From contig MU008170.1 of NCBI GenBank assembly GCA_010909165.1, positions 1,426,001 to 1,490,000 of the forward strand: DNA of 64,000 nt, given 5' to 3'. The DNA is from Anthoceros angustus (lineage: Eukaryota > Plantae > Anthocerotophyta). A program made the translations under genes and the position numbers. The stretch's first letter is position 1, and every line of letters starts with the position of its first letter. Below, one piece after another: positions 26,673 to 38,899 of the stretch. Under the pieces are notes generated by a model. The model saw only the letters and a list, made by a program, of their open reading frames with translations, did no database searches and had not been told where the DNA came from.

Positions 26673-29600
26673 TAGGACGCAGTGACATTGCGCTGTTTGA
26701 TGAGGTTGATGAGGGGGAGAGTGTGAAGCATTTTCAAATCTATAATACCTGCTTTGCACGGGTTTCCTTCCCGCAGTCGTGTTCGGTTTGAAACGACAAG
26801 TGGCGAGAGGGAGAAAGCTTTGCACGATTAGCATCTGTAGATATCACCTTCGATGGCCACCTTGTTTGGCACGCACACCAGATGCACGATGGGGAAATCA
26901 CCGGATCGAACATGTTCGAGGCTAACATCCGGGGCCACGCGATGGTGAAAGGGAAACGTAGTCTTCAACGACTACCATGCCCACAGTCGGGGGCTTCCAC
27001 CGGGGCCGAGACATGTCCGATCCGATATATATGTCCATGTGTGGTGCAGGAAAACCCTAAACGTGAGTATATATGTTTGACAAAAACCCTAAATGGCAGA
27101 AAGAAAAGTAGATAACGAGATCGGAACACTAGGGGGCAAGTTCCGAGACAAAAAAACTTTGTGGCGCCTACGGCCGTCGTCACCGATGTGGCGTACATGT
27201 CGGGAAGGAATCTTGAAGATGCGCAGCATCTTCATGTAGAAACAAAGAAAAACTTGTTACACACATCCGAAAAGAAAAACTTGTCACACATCAGCGAGAT
27301 CGACGAGATCGGTATTCATAATGAGATTTGGCAAGATGCTCACAAACATACGAGGAGTATGGAATACCGATCCACACCCGGAGTCCTGTGTGACTTTTCT
27401 TTTCTTTGCACGCCACGAGGATATGCCACGGAATCTTTTCGATACTCACGATAATACACGAGCAATGCCACATCGCCTTCACGGGTTCAGACGGGGAAAA
27501 ACATTCTATCACACGCTCATCGGCCCGGTGTTCCATGGTGTCATACATGTTTTTTGATGACGGTGTTAGGGTTTTCATCCCACACACAAACATGGCGGGC
27601 AACACATACACACGTGAACTTTTGTTCGCAGTATGGCGCTCACGAGAAACCGCCCGCAAATCCTCCGCTTACACATGCCGCTATATATGCAGGAAGGATG
27701 ATGGGAGCCCCACGCTTTGTGCTTGCCTACTAACATGCTGTGCTTGTTGGATGTATGATGCCTTCGCAAAGATGATCGTAACTTCACCTTTCAAACCGAA
27801 CACGATCAAGGGAAGGAAAGCAATGCATTACAGATCCGAACATGCTTCACACTATCCTCCTCAACCTCATCAAATGGCAATGTCAAGGCCCTACAAATCC
27901 ACTTCCAGCCCTACAGACACTGCCAGAATCACGCATGCCGCTCAACCAAAAACATCCGAATATAGTCTCGGCCACACCTCATGGTGGGAGCGCCAAACAA
28001 AAACACCTCTCACGCTACGCCGGGCGGAAGAGCCTCGAGGTGCCTCCATCCTCTTGTGCTCCGGAACTTGGCCTCCTCTCCGCTCAGGCCGCCTCCGCCG
28101 GAGGGGCCGAATGTCCCTCCGCACCGGACATGGGAGGTGCACCAGGTGCCATGGCAGGCTGTGCACCACCGTCCTCGTGAGGTTGGGGAGGTGTTCATCC
28201 CCGCACTAATGGGAAGGGGGACCCCGAACCGGAAGGCGTGGGGGGCGGAGAGGGTGGTGCCCACCACCAAAGAACCGACTTGCACATTGGCGATGGCATG
28301 GAGGATGCGCCCGCCGCTCATGATTCCATGAACGCCCGCGGCATTTCCCATCGGCCGCGTTGTCGGCCCGGCCGCCGAGCCCATCACTCCTCCATGTCGC
28401 AGCAAGGACCTCGTTGCGCACCTTCTCCACCACTTCAAGAAGGAGGCCGATGGCGCCTGGCCATGGCGGCGCCGATTGCAATCGCATTGACTTCGCTACC
28501 ATACTCCGGAGCTCCATTGAGCCGGATGCCCCACCTTGTTGCTTTGGGCGGTGGCCCCTCCCCACCGTGGCCCCATTCACGCCTCAAGCACCGGGTTCGC
28601 CTCCGCACTCTCGCCTGCATCTTGGCTCGCCCACCGCCCGCCACCGCTAGGTCTGCCGCCTCGCTCGGCACCTCTTCCTCTTCCGGTGTTTCACGCTGCC
28701 GCCGAGCTCAACGATGAGCTCGGCGCTTTCTCACTTTGCCGCCCTCCCGCCTCAGCCCGCCACTCCGCTCGATCTTCCGACGACGCCCACGTCAGATAGC
28801 GGATGCGAAGTTCCTGCTGTGATGACCTAGAGGGCCCGGGTCTCGCCCACTCCGGCCCACACCGCAAACCCAACTCGCAGACATATGAGTACTGTGCATG
28901 GCAAAGTTCACCACTTGCAACCAAAGATTACGAGGCATGACAATGACAATGAACCCACCAGCATTGTCAAACACATTGCGCCACGGCGGATTGTGCGTCA
29001 CTTACCATCGAGTCTTCCGATTGTTGTCCGGCTGGCCGCCCGCCTCCCCTTCGCTCGCAACCCACACGCCTCTCGTCCGGGCGCCTCCTCCTGCTGCTTC
29101 TCCTCCACTCACCGAAGCGCCCGACGGCCTTCCCCCGGAGCCGCTTGCCCCACCATCCTCACGCCTGCCCCACCTCCTCCGCCCGCCCCACGGGCACGCC
29201 CCGAGAAGGAGGCGCAAGGGATGCCCGTCCTCCGTCCCGCATGCGCCTGTTTGCAGCCTCGCTTGGCCGCAACCACATGGGTTGGCCTTGTTTCGCCTGC
29301 ACCGCAGGGTCAGGCGAATGTCCGCAGTCTCGAAGGTCGACGCAGCCTCGGATCGATGCCAGCATCCTCGACTGCAGCCATTGGCGTCGCATGTGCAGCC
29401 ACCCATCGCATTTATCGGCCGCAGCCGCCCCCACCCTAGGCGTCGCGACGCCGGCTCCTCCATCGCAGCCTCGCGGCCGCATGCAGTAACTCAGCCGCGA
29501 GCACTTTGCAGCGCTTTCGCCTCATAGCCCAGACTTCGGCATGCATGCCCGCCGCCTCCGTGTTTGGCGGAAACAGCATCCGCGCAGTTTGTGCCGCAAG

Positions 29601-30309
29601 CAAAGACCGGCCGACGCTTGTTGGGGATCGCCCAAGGTGGCACGCCTGGGCTGGAGGGCCACCAAGGGACGGATGCCACACCTGATCGCAGCTTCGCGAC
29701 CGAGCCCTCCGCCGCATGCTCGCCCGCCGGGGCCGCTGCCTGGCATTGCTCGCGGCCCTCAGCTGGCTGCCTCCACGCCGCCACCGCCTCCGCCGCCGCC
29801 ATTGCCGGAGCAGAAGCATTGCCCGCCCGCCCAGACGCCATTTCCTCATCGTCGCCACCGCCTCGGCCGGTGCGCCCATGCCCCCCCGGCCGCCATGCCT
29901 TCCGGCGCCCTCCGTCTGCCACATGGGTGTGTCGAGCCCATGTCTTCCACCTCGCCGCCCATATCGCAAAACGCCTATGCTCGTGAGCTTCCACTTTGAA
30001 AAGTGGCACTTGGAGTTGCCGAGTGAAGAGCGCCCAACTTGCGCCAAATCAAGAAAGCCGCCCTGTCCAGATTTCACCGGCATTTGGCACCCCAATGCAT
30101 CACTACCAGCGCACTGCTTTGGCCGCGCCAACCGCAGCTGCAATTTATTCGCCAACACCACTGCGATTGATTCGCATGTTGCCACCGCTTCAGCTTGCAG
30201 TAGCTCCAACCTTCTAACCGCTTACCTTGCTTGAGTCCGGACGCTGACCGCTAGTCAACCTACCACTTCCCTTTTTCCGATGTGTTCTCGCCATCTATCC
30301 ATGGCATCT

Positions 30310-31500
30310 ACAGACTTGCCTTTTCCCCGCCTTGCCCTATAAATAGGAAGAAAAGTCCTTCGATTTGGACCAATGTCACATGTGCATTGCCTATGGATGG
30401 CATCCACATGGTATGTATGCATGATGGCTGGTTGACATGTGATGCATGTGAACATTTCTACCTAGATGCTGTGCCATGGCACAATCCATGTATGTGCACC
30501 GTCATGCATGTGAGGAAGGGTACCATGACACATATAAAGGTCAGCGACTGTATATAGAGAATACATAAAAATCAAAACCCAAGGAAAAGGTGCCCATGAC
30601 ACAAGATCTGAGACATGGTCACATGCATCAGTCAACCACCCATCATGCATACATACCATGTGCATGTGCATCGTGATATATGTTCGACGCAGACTCGACA
30701 CATACATACGCCAACGAATCTATATACAAAAGACCTAAAAATCAAAACCCAAGGAAAATGTGCACATGGAAAGCACATGGTATGCATGCATGGATGGATG
30801 GTTGACATGTGAAGTATGTGAACATGTATACCTAGATGATGTGTCATGGGCACCTTTTCCATCTATGTGCATCGTGATGCATGTTCGCGGTGGTACTATG
30901 ACACATATATAGGTCGATCTATATTCAAAATACTAAACACCATAACCCAAGGAAAAGGGCAGTACGCTCTTCGGTGCATGAATATCAATTGTTCAAGGCC
31001 AAGGACAAGTGGGATTACAAATAGACCTAACTGCCTACCATCGACTGCGAGGTGGCACTCCATCAACAGTTCCCGGTTTTTTTTGCCTATATATGTGGGC
31101 TACCCAACCATGGACTCCAACTAACACACGCTTGCCTATCCCCGCCCTACCGCCTATATATAGGAAGAAACGTCCTTGGCCTTGGCCTTCCGATGGCATG
31201 CACATGGTATGCATGATGGAAGGTTGATGTCATGTGACCTAGAGATGGTGTCATGGCACAATCAACCTATGTGCATCGCGATGTTTGTAAGGCACAAGAT
31301 TACTACACATATATAGGTCACCGCACCTATATAGAAAATACGAAAATCATAAACCAAGGAAAAGGGCTAGGTTGTTAAGCATAAATATCATTTGTTCAAA
31401 GGCCAAGGAGAAGTAGGACTCTAAATAGATCTCAAGTGCCTACCATCGTGTGAGGTGGTGCTTCATCGAGAGTCCCTGGTTTTGCCTATATATACCCAAC
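30310..31500. repeat. Internal AT-richer repeat array of element B (left)
   Basis: Recurrent CACATGGTATGCATGCATGATGG, AAAACCCAAGGAAAAGG and TTGTTCAAGGCCAAGGA motifs. Confidence 0.7.
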
Positions 31501-33019
31501 CTATGATTCTTCGATTGTACATGTTTGTCTTAAAGGATAGGCAGCCATACTCCCTTCTCTTTTCCCCTCTTCTCACCTTTGGGAACCGCATTGTCTAGTG
31601 GGAGCGCGCGTCTGTCTTTAATGTCGCACCTATGTACAGCGTCATGCCTAAGCGGGTCGCAATGGTCGCATACCTACTTGTTTCATTTGGTGATTCTCGG
31701 TTTGGTCCAAAGGCCAAGGTCTTCTTCCATTCATTGATTGACATATTGGTGCAAAGGCCAAGGAGTTTTGTTCCCTTCATTGCCAATGTGAAAGCTCCAA
31801 AGGCCAATGAGTATTTTCCCTTTCATGACGGCCGATGGTCCAAAGGGAAGGCCTTGTCTTCGATATAGGCGTAAGGTGATAGGCACCGTGTAGTTGGGAA
31901 ATGGATTTTCTTCCTACACATGAATCGGACCATTCGGACCATTCGTCAATCCAGATTACATTTTAGTCCTTGGCCTTTGACGTCAACCGTATGTCATGGT
32001 CTCTTTGCAATGACGAAAACAACTGATGTTGTTCATCAGATTACTTTGACATGATACGACATGAAAACGAAACACCGTCGTGCTTTGGACCACCGACCAC
32101 TACTGTGCAAATTAGGCTTTGGACCGATTACAATTCGGCGATCCGCCTTCCTACCGCCATTCCACAACCACTCTTCCACTCGCGATCGCGCCATTGCTAT
32201 TATGAGCAGCACTGCCGCCATCGCCACCCCAGCAAGTTCACCGCTATGCCTCGGTGATTGCGGCGCCGCAATCAAAATGCACCTCCCTTTGAGGCCATTC
32301 CCCGCCCGCCTCCCCGATCGCCGCCTCCACCGCACATTCAAGGACTTCCTCCCACCGATAAGGCACACACCGACAACGATGATGGCGTGCGAGTGGGCTC
32401 ACCCATACGATGATGCACCAAACCGCCTTCCCTCCGCATCCGCAAAGATCGCTACCGCATCCCGTCTTCCACACGCAGCCCAAACTCCTCCCATGCCCAA
32501 GACCTCACCGGCACTGGAATGCAAGGCCCATACCGCCTGTCATCGCCGAGGAGCACCGGAACCGCAGCCGCCGACTTCCACGCCGCACACTTCTGCGTAG
32601 CTTGTCTCTTCCAGTCTCCTCTGATCCGATGTACAAGAAAAACTTTGAGCTGTCCACCTCGGATTGTCGAATGACAACAACCTTGCTCGCGAGCCGCCAC
32701 CGCAGCCATGCGCATCGTGCACGCCCACGTGGAAGACCTTCCGCCCAAAACCCCACCGTCGCACCTCTTTCCATTGCCCATTGTGATTGTCGCCGCAGCG
32801 ATTGGAACCTCCGCGATCGCATTTCCGCCCGCCATTCGACCGCCGCGAATGCCACCGCCAACCCTACGGTTCATATTGCGCCCGACCTTGTTTCGCCCAT
32901 TCTCAATTGGTGACGAAAGCACCACGCTGAATCGCCGTCTGCTCCACATGGTGTGCTTTTCGCCAGATCCGCCATCGCAAACCAAGAAATGAGTGCGGAC
33001 AGTCAAAGTCTCTTCACAT

Positions 33020-34770
33020 TAGTTTCTTGTGCGGGCCGACAAACACAACTTCGAAAACCACTTGCCGCCTCTAATGAAACGCAGTCCGACTCGAGGCCTG
33101 CCGCTCCCATACACGGAGTTCATGCGGATGGCTTCGCCACCCGCGTGGCCATCACGAGCTTGGAGACATAGAGCGGGAGCAGAGTGCAGAGCACGCCCTC
33201 GATCGAGGCGCCGCCCAAACGCCCGGAGGGGAACTTGCGACCACCATTGGCATCGCCTGCCAAGTAAACTCGCCGTGATGAAGGTGAACAGCGCCTATCG
33301 CCGAATGACATCTCCGACGATTTCACGTAACATTTCTAAACCGCGGCAAGGTGCCTCGAATCTCACTCCGCCAGAACGCACCTGCATCCATGCGTGGCTG
33401 AAGAACTTGGTGACACTCTCAAACGCACTCCCTAGACACTCCAACATGGCCCTCTTGTCCAGTGCACCACATGCCGAACCCTCTCCCACCCACCCGCCAA
33501 CGCGTGCACTCGGTGAATAAAAGCCGGTCCCGCACCTTCTTCCGCGCGCCACCGCCCCAGACATGCGAGGGCTTCAGTCGGCCACATGCTTGAAAAATCC
33601 GGGAGCCTGCTCGCCATCGGACCAACGGCCGATGAAATCGCAGCCGCCGCTTCCTCTTCGCCCGCCGAGGCTTCTTCTTGGAGGATGGCCATCACCGTGG
33701 TGGGTTGTCAACATATCCGCCTTAAAAGCCCTCTTCAACGCCCCTCTCGGCGCATCCTTCCACTCCTTGTGCACGCCATCCTTTTGGCTCCCTAGTGCGC
33801 GGCGAGTGTGGCAAATGTCATGGGACGACTCACCTCAATGCCATTTGCCGAAGATGTACAGTGTGGTCAAGAACATGGCTCGCATAAGGAGGCATCTCGC
33901 CGTGCCAAGACCGCACATTTTGCATCAATTGCCCAAATATCTTACCATGCGAGGGGTCGGATGCACCGTGGTGATGTGGTAATGTAGCACCGCCAACGCG
34001 CTCAACACGCCGCCCACAAATGACGGCGACTCCTGCACTGCTTCCAGCCTCACCGATGCACCGTCACAGAGGCCCGCTCGGCCCATCGCTCCAACCTCGT
34101 GGACTACATCACCGTTGTCCCCTGCACTGTGCAAGATCGCACTCTAAACGGTGGGAAAGGTCCCCCTCGCCGCGGAAATTGTCGAGCTTGTTGGCACTCC
34201 ATGCCCGCCTCAACCGCAATCACCAATGCCGCCGTGTATCAACCCCATCGAGGCACCAGCAAAATAATGGCACGGCCGCTCACCGAGGGTTAGGAGGTCC
34301 TCGAATCGCCGCCTCGCCCGCTCGGACGGCATACGAGCCTTCTGTCATCAAACCGCGATCGCAGCATGTGCGGCATCGCGGCGCCGCTCCGCCGCGAATG
34401 CCATAAGCCGCTCGCGCCGCCCTTTCTCCGCTCCCGCCAGACCGCCTGAAGCGACTGCGGTGGTGCGTGCGCCGGAGCATCTCCTCCTCATCCATCGCGA
34501 ACCTCAAGTTGGTGCTATTCGCTGTTCGCAACTCTTCCGCCATGGATCGAAGGTCCAGCGGTCGTCCATATCCGCGAAGGCGGACCAGCCCGTAGGAGAC
34601 GACCGCGCGAAGAACCCCTCGGATGGTGGCAGTCGAACATTTCCAGGCCCATGCCTTGCACCATCCGGATGCAAAGTAGCCCTTCGCCGAAGTTCGCTCG
34701 CGTCTCCACAAGATGTTGCAGCCTTGCAAGAGCAGCCGCCAGATTTGCTTTCGCACGCCATTCGCCTTCT
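33020..34770 (-). pseudogene. Frameshifted HECT-domain E3 ubiquitin ligase-like ORF inside element B
   Basis: Minus-strand motifs in HECT order: YFAG..GVD.GG (~34225-34268, cf. F.GE.G.D.GG), FVGGVLSALAVLHY..T.HPTP.MVRYL (~33930-34020), ALFTFITAS (~33268-33294, cf. LL.F.TG), CTLLPLYVSKLVMATRV.EAIRMNSVYG (~33103-33188, cf. TC...L.LP.Y.S...L..AI....FG). Boundaries approximate. Confidence 0.65.
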
Positions 34771-35299
34771 CCGCAATCGACCCAAAATTTCAAGAAAGAA
34801 GCTCCTCGATGGCTCAGGATTCACCGCGACGCTCCCTTCCCACCTGCGGTGGTGTGTGCCGGAGCTCTTCCACAACTAAGAAGGTCCGCTGCCATGCCGT
34901 TAGCGAGCCTCTCCCGCCTCCCGCGCGACGCCCATGAACGGCACGCTGCGCTGGCCCGCGCACGCCGGGACTTCGCGCCCGCCCACGCGGGCAGCTCACA
35001 GCGCTCGGCCGGCTGCTGCTGGCCTAGGGGAGGAAATTGTGCCTCCCCACATGTCCCGGGTCGAGGCAGTGGGATGCGGGTGCCTCCAAGGTCGTGGATG
35101 CCGGATACCGACGGGCGTTGAACTCTCCTCCGAGCGCCACCACGACCACCGCCGCCAACGCCCGCTCCATCCCATCACATCCACTTCTTCCTCCTCCCGA
35201 CCCAATCAACCTCCGGCGCGACGCCCGCTCCTCCCCTGCACTCTCCGCAGAGGTGTAAATTGGCTCACCCCATGTACAAGATCGATCACCAAGACTGTG

Positions 35300-36792
35300 A
35301 CGTCGGCTGGGAATTGACAGAATGTCACTGACACCGGACTAAGGCGACGCAATCGCAGACGTGACCACAAAGCAGCCTCGACCTGCACGCCCGGCAGTCG
35401 CCTTGAGCCTCGCACCCTCAACAATGGTCGACAGCGTTTCGCGGCGAATCCGCCCCGCCGCCGCCCACCGCATGCCCCAGGGCACCGTGGCTCCACCCCG
35501 CGAGGTCGCGGATTCCGACAACTCGCGCTCCACTCCCAAGTCGACCTTGGCAAAGCCGCGCCGCATTGTACCGCAATGCGTGCCAACGCCGCCCATCATG
35601 ACGGTGCGCCGCCGGCCCGACGGGCCGCCCGGATCCCGGAGATGGAATGGGATTGTCCCAACGCATGGAGGCGCGGCTCACCTCAAGGCGCTCATCCTCC
35701 CACCCGCCCGCGCGTGCGCGAAGATCCGCCCACCCATTCTCCGCCTATTGTGGAGGTGCACGCCACGTGTCTTCCGAAGACGCCATGGTGCTGTGGTGAA
35801 CACCGCTGCTGCCGCCGCCCGGCATCGCCCGCCAACCAATGCGTGGGCCGCCAACTGTGGACGAGACGCGCGTGGAAGGAGATCGATGGCGTGATGCCCG
35901 CAAGCATTGCGCTGCCGGGTGGGTGCGCCAGGAAAAGCGAAATCATTGTCATATTCCTCCGTGTCCCCGCTCGACATAATGCCGGCATGGGCATGGCATT
36001 CAAGGGCGAGGTGGCCGTCGCGCTGCAGCATAAGTTTTGGCTCACGAGACGCGCATTTGCATGATGTGGCCGCAATGCTTAACTTGCGCCGCCGCCATCT
36101 TGCAGCCGATGGCTGCCAGCCAACACCCTCATCGGCGATCGCCTCCTCGCCTGCTCAGAAGGACATGACATACCGGCGCTTGACTTTCCGCGCTCGCCGC
36201 CAAACATGCCACCGTCCCGATCATGGTTCCTTCCCGCCACACGCGAAGATGTCAGACATATGTCCCAATAACATATTGGGTCCGATATGTTCCAAATAAA
36301 CTATTGGCGGAAGTGCAATGATGCGCTATCGGCGCGCCGACGGTGTCCGGACCGCACACCAATATCCGACGCTAGGAACAATTCATTTGTGCCTTGCTTA
36401 TTCAAATGCCCTTCATCCGATGTCTATGCGCGGGGCATGAGCCGACCACCGTGGTGGGAGGTGCGCTATGCTTTGGAGACGGAGAATGCGGCATGCCCGC
36501 ATGGCCATTGCACAACCATCCGCCGGATCCTTCCTCCAACATGCCTTTTAGGCATCCGCCATAATCTACGCACCATCTCGCTATGCATTAATATCCCTTC
36601 CGTAGTCCGCGCATATTCTCGCAGTTGTACCGGCTCATGAAGTCCATCCCATATGCTTGCCATAAAATCCGCGAACATGGCCCATCTTGGCGCCAACATC
36701 CGCACTTCATTTTCGATGGCATGGCGCCCTTCCGCCTCCGGTTCTGGAGATTTGTCTGTCATCCTCGACCCATCCCGCCGGGTCCTCCCCAC
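35300..36792 (-). pseudogene. Frameshifted IS3EU-type DDE transposase (integrase core)
   Basis: Across frameshifts: LREYARTTEGILMHSEMVRRL (HTH-like N-terminus), ANSL-W-NI-D (~36280-36308, cf. PNSLWHIDG), EEAIADEGVGW..RLQDGGG (~36080-36150, cf. A...G.P.RVR.D.G.EN), LHNRR...WADLR (~35718-35757, cf. S.HN.RIER.W.D). Confidence 0.65.
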
Positions 36793-37399
36793 CTACTGCC
36801 CGCCACGACCGCGGCCCGATCGCCACCGCAGGAGAGAGCCCGCCGGCTGTGTCGAGCCCGCCCCAAGATGCGCCACTCCGCCACCAACAACAGCCTAACC
36901 CACCAATGAACCCCAACCCACACCAATAACCCAAACGCCGCCCCCCAACCCGCCCCCCAACAAAAGAAGCGAAAATGCCACCGATTGCCCAAAATGCCAA
37001 ATACATAAAATTTATAAATGCGAATAGTGCAAAATGCCCAAACGCCTTTTAAATTGCCTAAAATGCCTTAAATTCATCAAATGCAAAATAAGAATAGCCA
37101 TGCATTATGGGAGACAAGTGCAATTGATGGAGTGATGCAATGGAGGCATGGCGCTGATGCGGTATGAGACGACACGGTGCCACACGTTGCCCACACTATG
37201 AAAGACGAGACGCCGCACACGGGTGCCACGCGCTCACTATGGAGCTTGAATGCAGTAAGGAGGAATGACCGCAATCATACAGGCACTTGCGAAACTACAC
37301 GATTGACAATGAATAAAGCATGAGGGTGCATAATCGTTATATATAGACATGAACAATGGTCCCTTGTCGCAGAGCAAAGGAAAAGGTCAAATGTTGGTT

Positions 37400-38350
37400 G
37401 CATGATGCCCCACCGATCCCATATGTCACAAGGAGAAAGAAGGGTTGCACGTATGTATGCCTTCATCGAGAGACATGTATAATGCAAGAATCATTAGAAA
37501 CATATATAGACATGTGGTCTCTCATGAAACACCAATGGTTAAACACGCCACCTCTCACCGATGGTGCTGGATCATTTACGATCCTACTTTTCCTTGGCCT
37601 CAACAAATGATATTTATGTACACAACATGCTCGCCTTTCCAAGACACAAAGAAGAGACGTCAGCGATTTAAGTATGGACCTTTTCCATCCAAAACATCTA
37701 CAATCCAAGAATCAATGGCTAGGTAGGCCACATATAGACATCTGGGTGGTCAAGCCCAGGAAATTAAATCACGTACACCGCACCATGGTAGGCACCGCAA
37801 ATCTATTTATAATCATACTTCCTTGGCCTTGAACAAATGATAATTATGCACCAAACACTTTTCCTTGGGTTTTTGATTTTCGTATTTTCAATATATATCA
37901 CGACCTATATATGTGTCATAGTACTGCGAACATGCATCACGATGTACATAGATTGACATGAGCATGGTAGACATGTTCACACATCGCATGTCAAGCATGC
38001 AACATGACATGCATACATGTGCCATCAATGGGCAATGAATATAGATTTCCAGGTTTTTCCTATGGGTTATAGGGGAGGGATAGGCACCGTATGAATCCAT
38101 GGTTGGGCAGCCCATATATAGGAAAACCATGGGTCTATGTAATCCTACTCTCCTGGCTGAATAAATAATGTATACCACCAACACCATGCCTTTTCCTTGG
38201 GGTGATTTAGGTTTTTCAGACCGATGACCTATATGTGTCATATGTCATAGTACCGCACATATCATCATGCAAAAGACCATGGCATGGTATGTTCACATGA
38301 CTTGGTGAGGTTTACATTAGTGATTGACCACCATATATGTCTCGCAGTAG
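37400..38350. repeat. Internal repeat array of element B (right), inverted relative to 30310-31500
   Basis: CCTACTTTTCCTTGGCCTCAACAAATGATATTT (~37583) is the inverse of ATATCATTTGTTCAAAGGCCAAGGAGAAGTAGG (~31385). TTTTCCTTGGGTTTTTGATTTT (~37860) is the inverse of AAAATCAAAACCCAAGGAAAA (~30570, ~30740). Confidence 0.75.
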
Positions 38351-38899
38351 AAATACCATGCACATGGACGCGAAGATGGATTGCGCAAATGAATGGTAGG
38401 TTCAGTATAATAAAGTGTACGGGTTTGGTCATGGAAATGAATCAGTGAAGTGGTGGGGACACATATGCAAAACTAAGCATTCATTACCGCAAATATTCAT
38501 GTGTTTTCATGCATCATGCATACCTGCATTTTACGGGTTTGTAGCCCTTCTTCGTGAAAGGAGTTCGATCCCATCATCCAAAGATATCAAACCTTCACCA
38601 CGGACGCCGGAAGATGGTGGTGAAATGAAAATTGGGAGGGAATGGGAACGCTGAGGGATGCATCCCACAGGATGTACTGTGCCGCGCATCCCCACCAGTT
38701 AGATGCAGTGAAACGAGGACCGTGCAGTGGGTGGGTTTTTGAATAGGGATTGAGCAGACGATCGCCCACCGCGGTGGATCGCCGCTCCCCAACCGCGGAG
38801 AAGGAATAGGGGACGGCCGCGGTGGGAAGGGAAACGCGGGGCGCATTAGTTTACGGAAGGAAGGCGCGGTGGCGGGTGGTAAAAGGGTGCAACGCGCCC

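Larger units (their letters stand above)
20750..27320 (-). mobile_element. Element A: internally deleted IS3EU-like derivative, inverted relative to element B
   Basis: Begins TATGGAATACCGATCTCGTC and ends GACGAGATCGGTATTCATA (19/20 TIR match). The first ~190 bp match the right end of B inverted; 20940-23170 and 26370-26800 match B 27790-30310 inverted. Flanks CTGAG/ATGAG are an imperfect TSD. Confidence 0.8.

Noticed and set aside
21151-30234. Many overlapping Arg/Pro/Ala-rich ORFs as genes
   Set aside because: Expected in GC-rich DNA, frames are not preserved between the A and B copies, and no domain was recognised.
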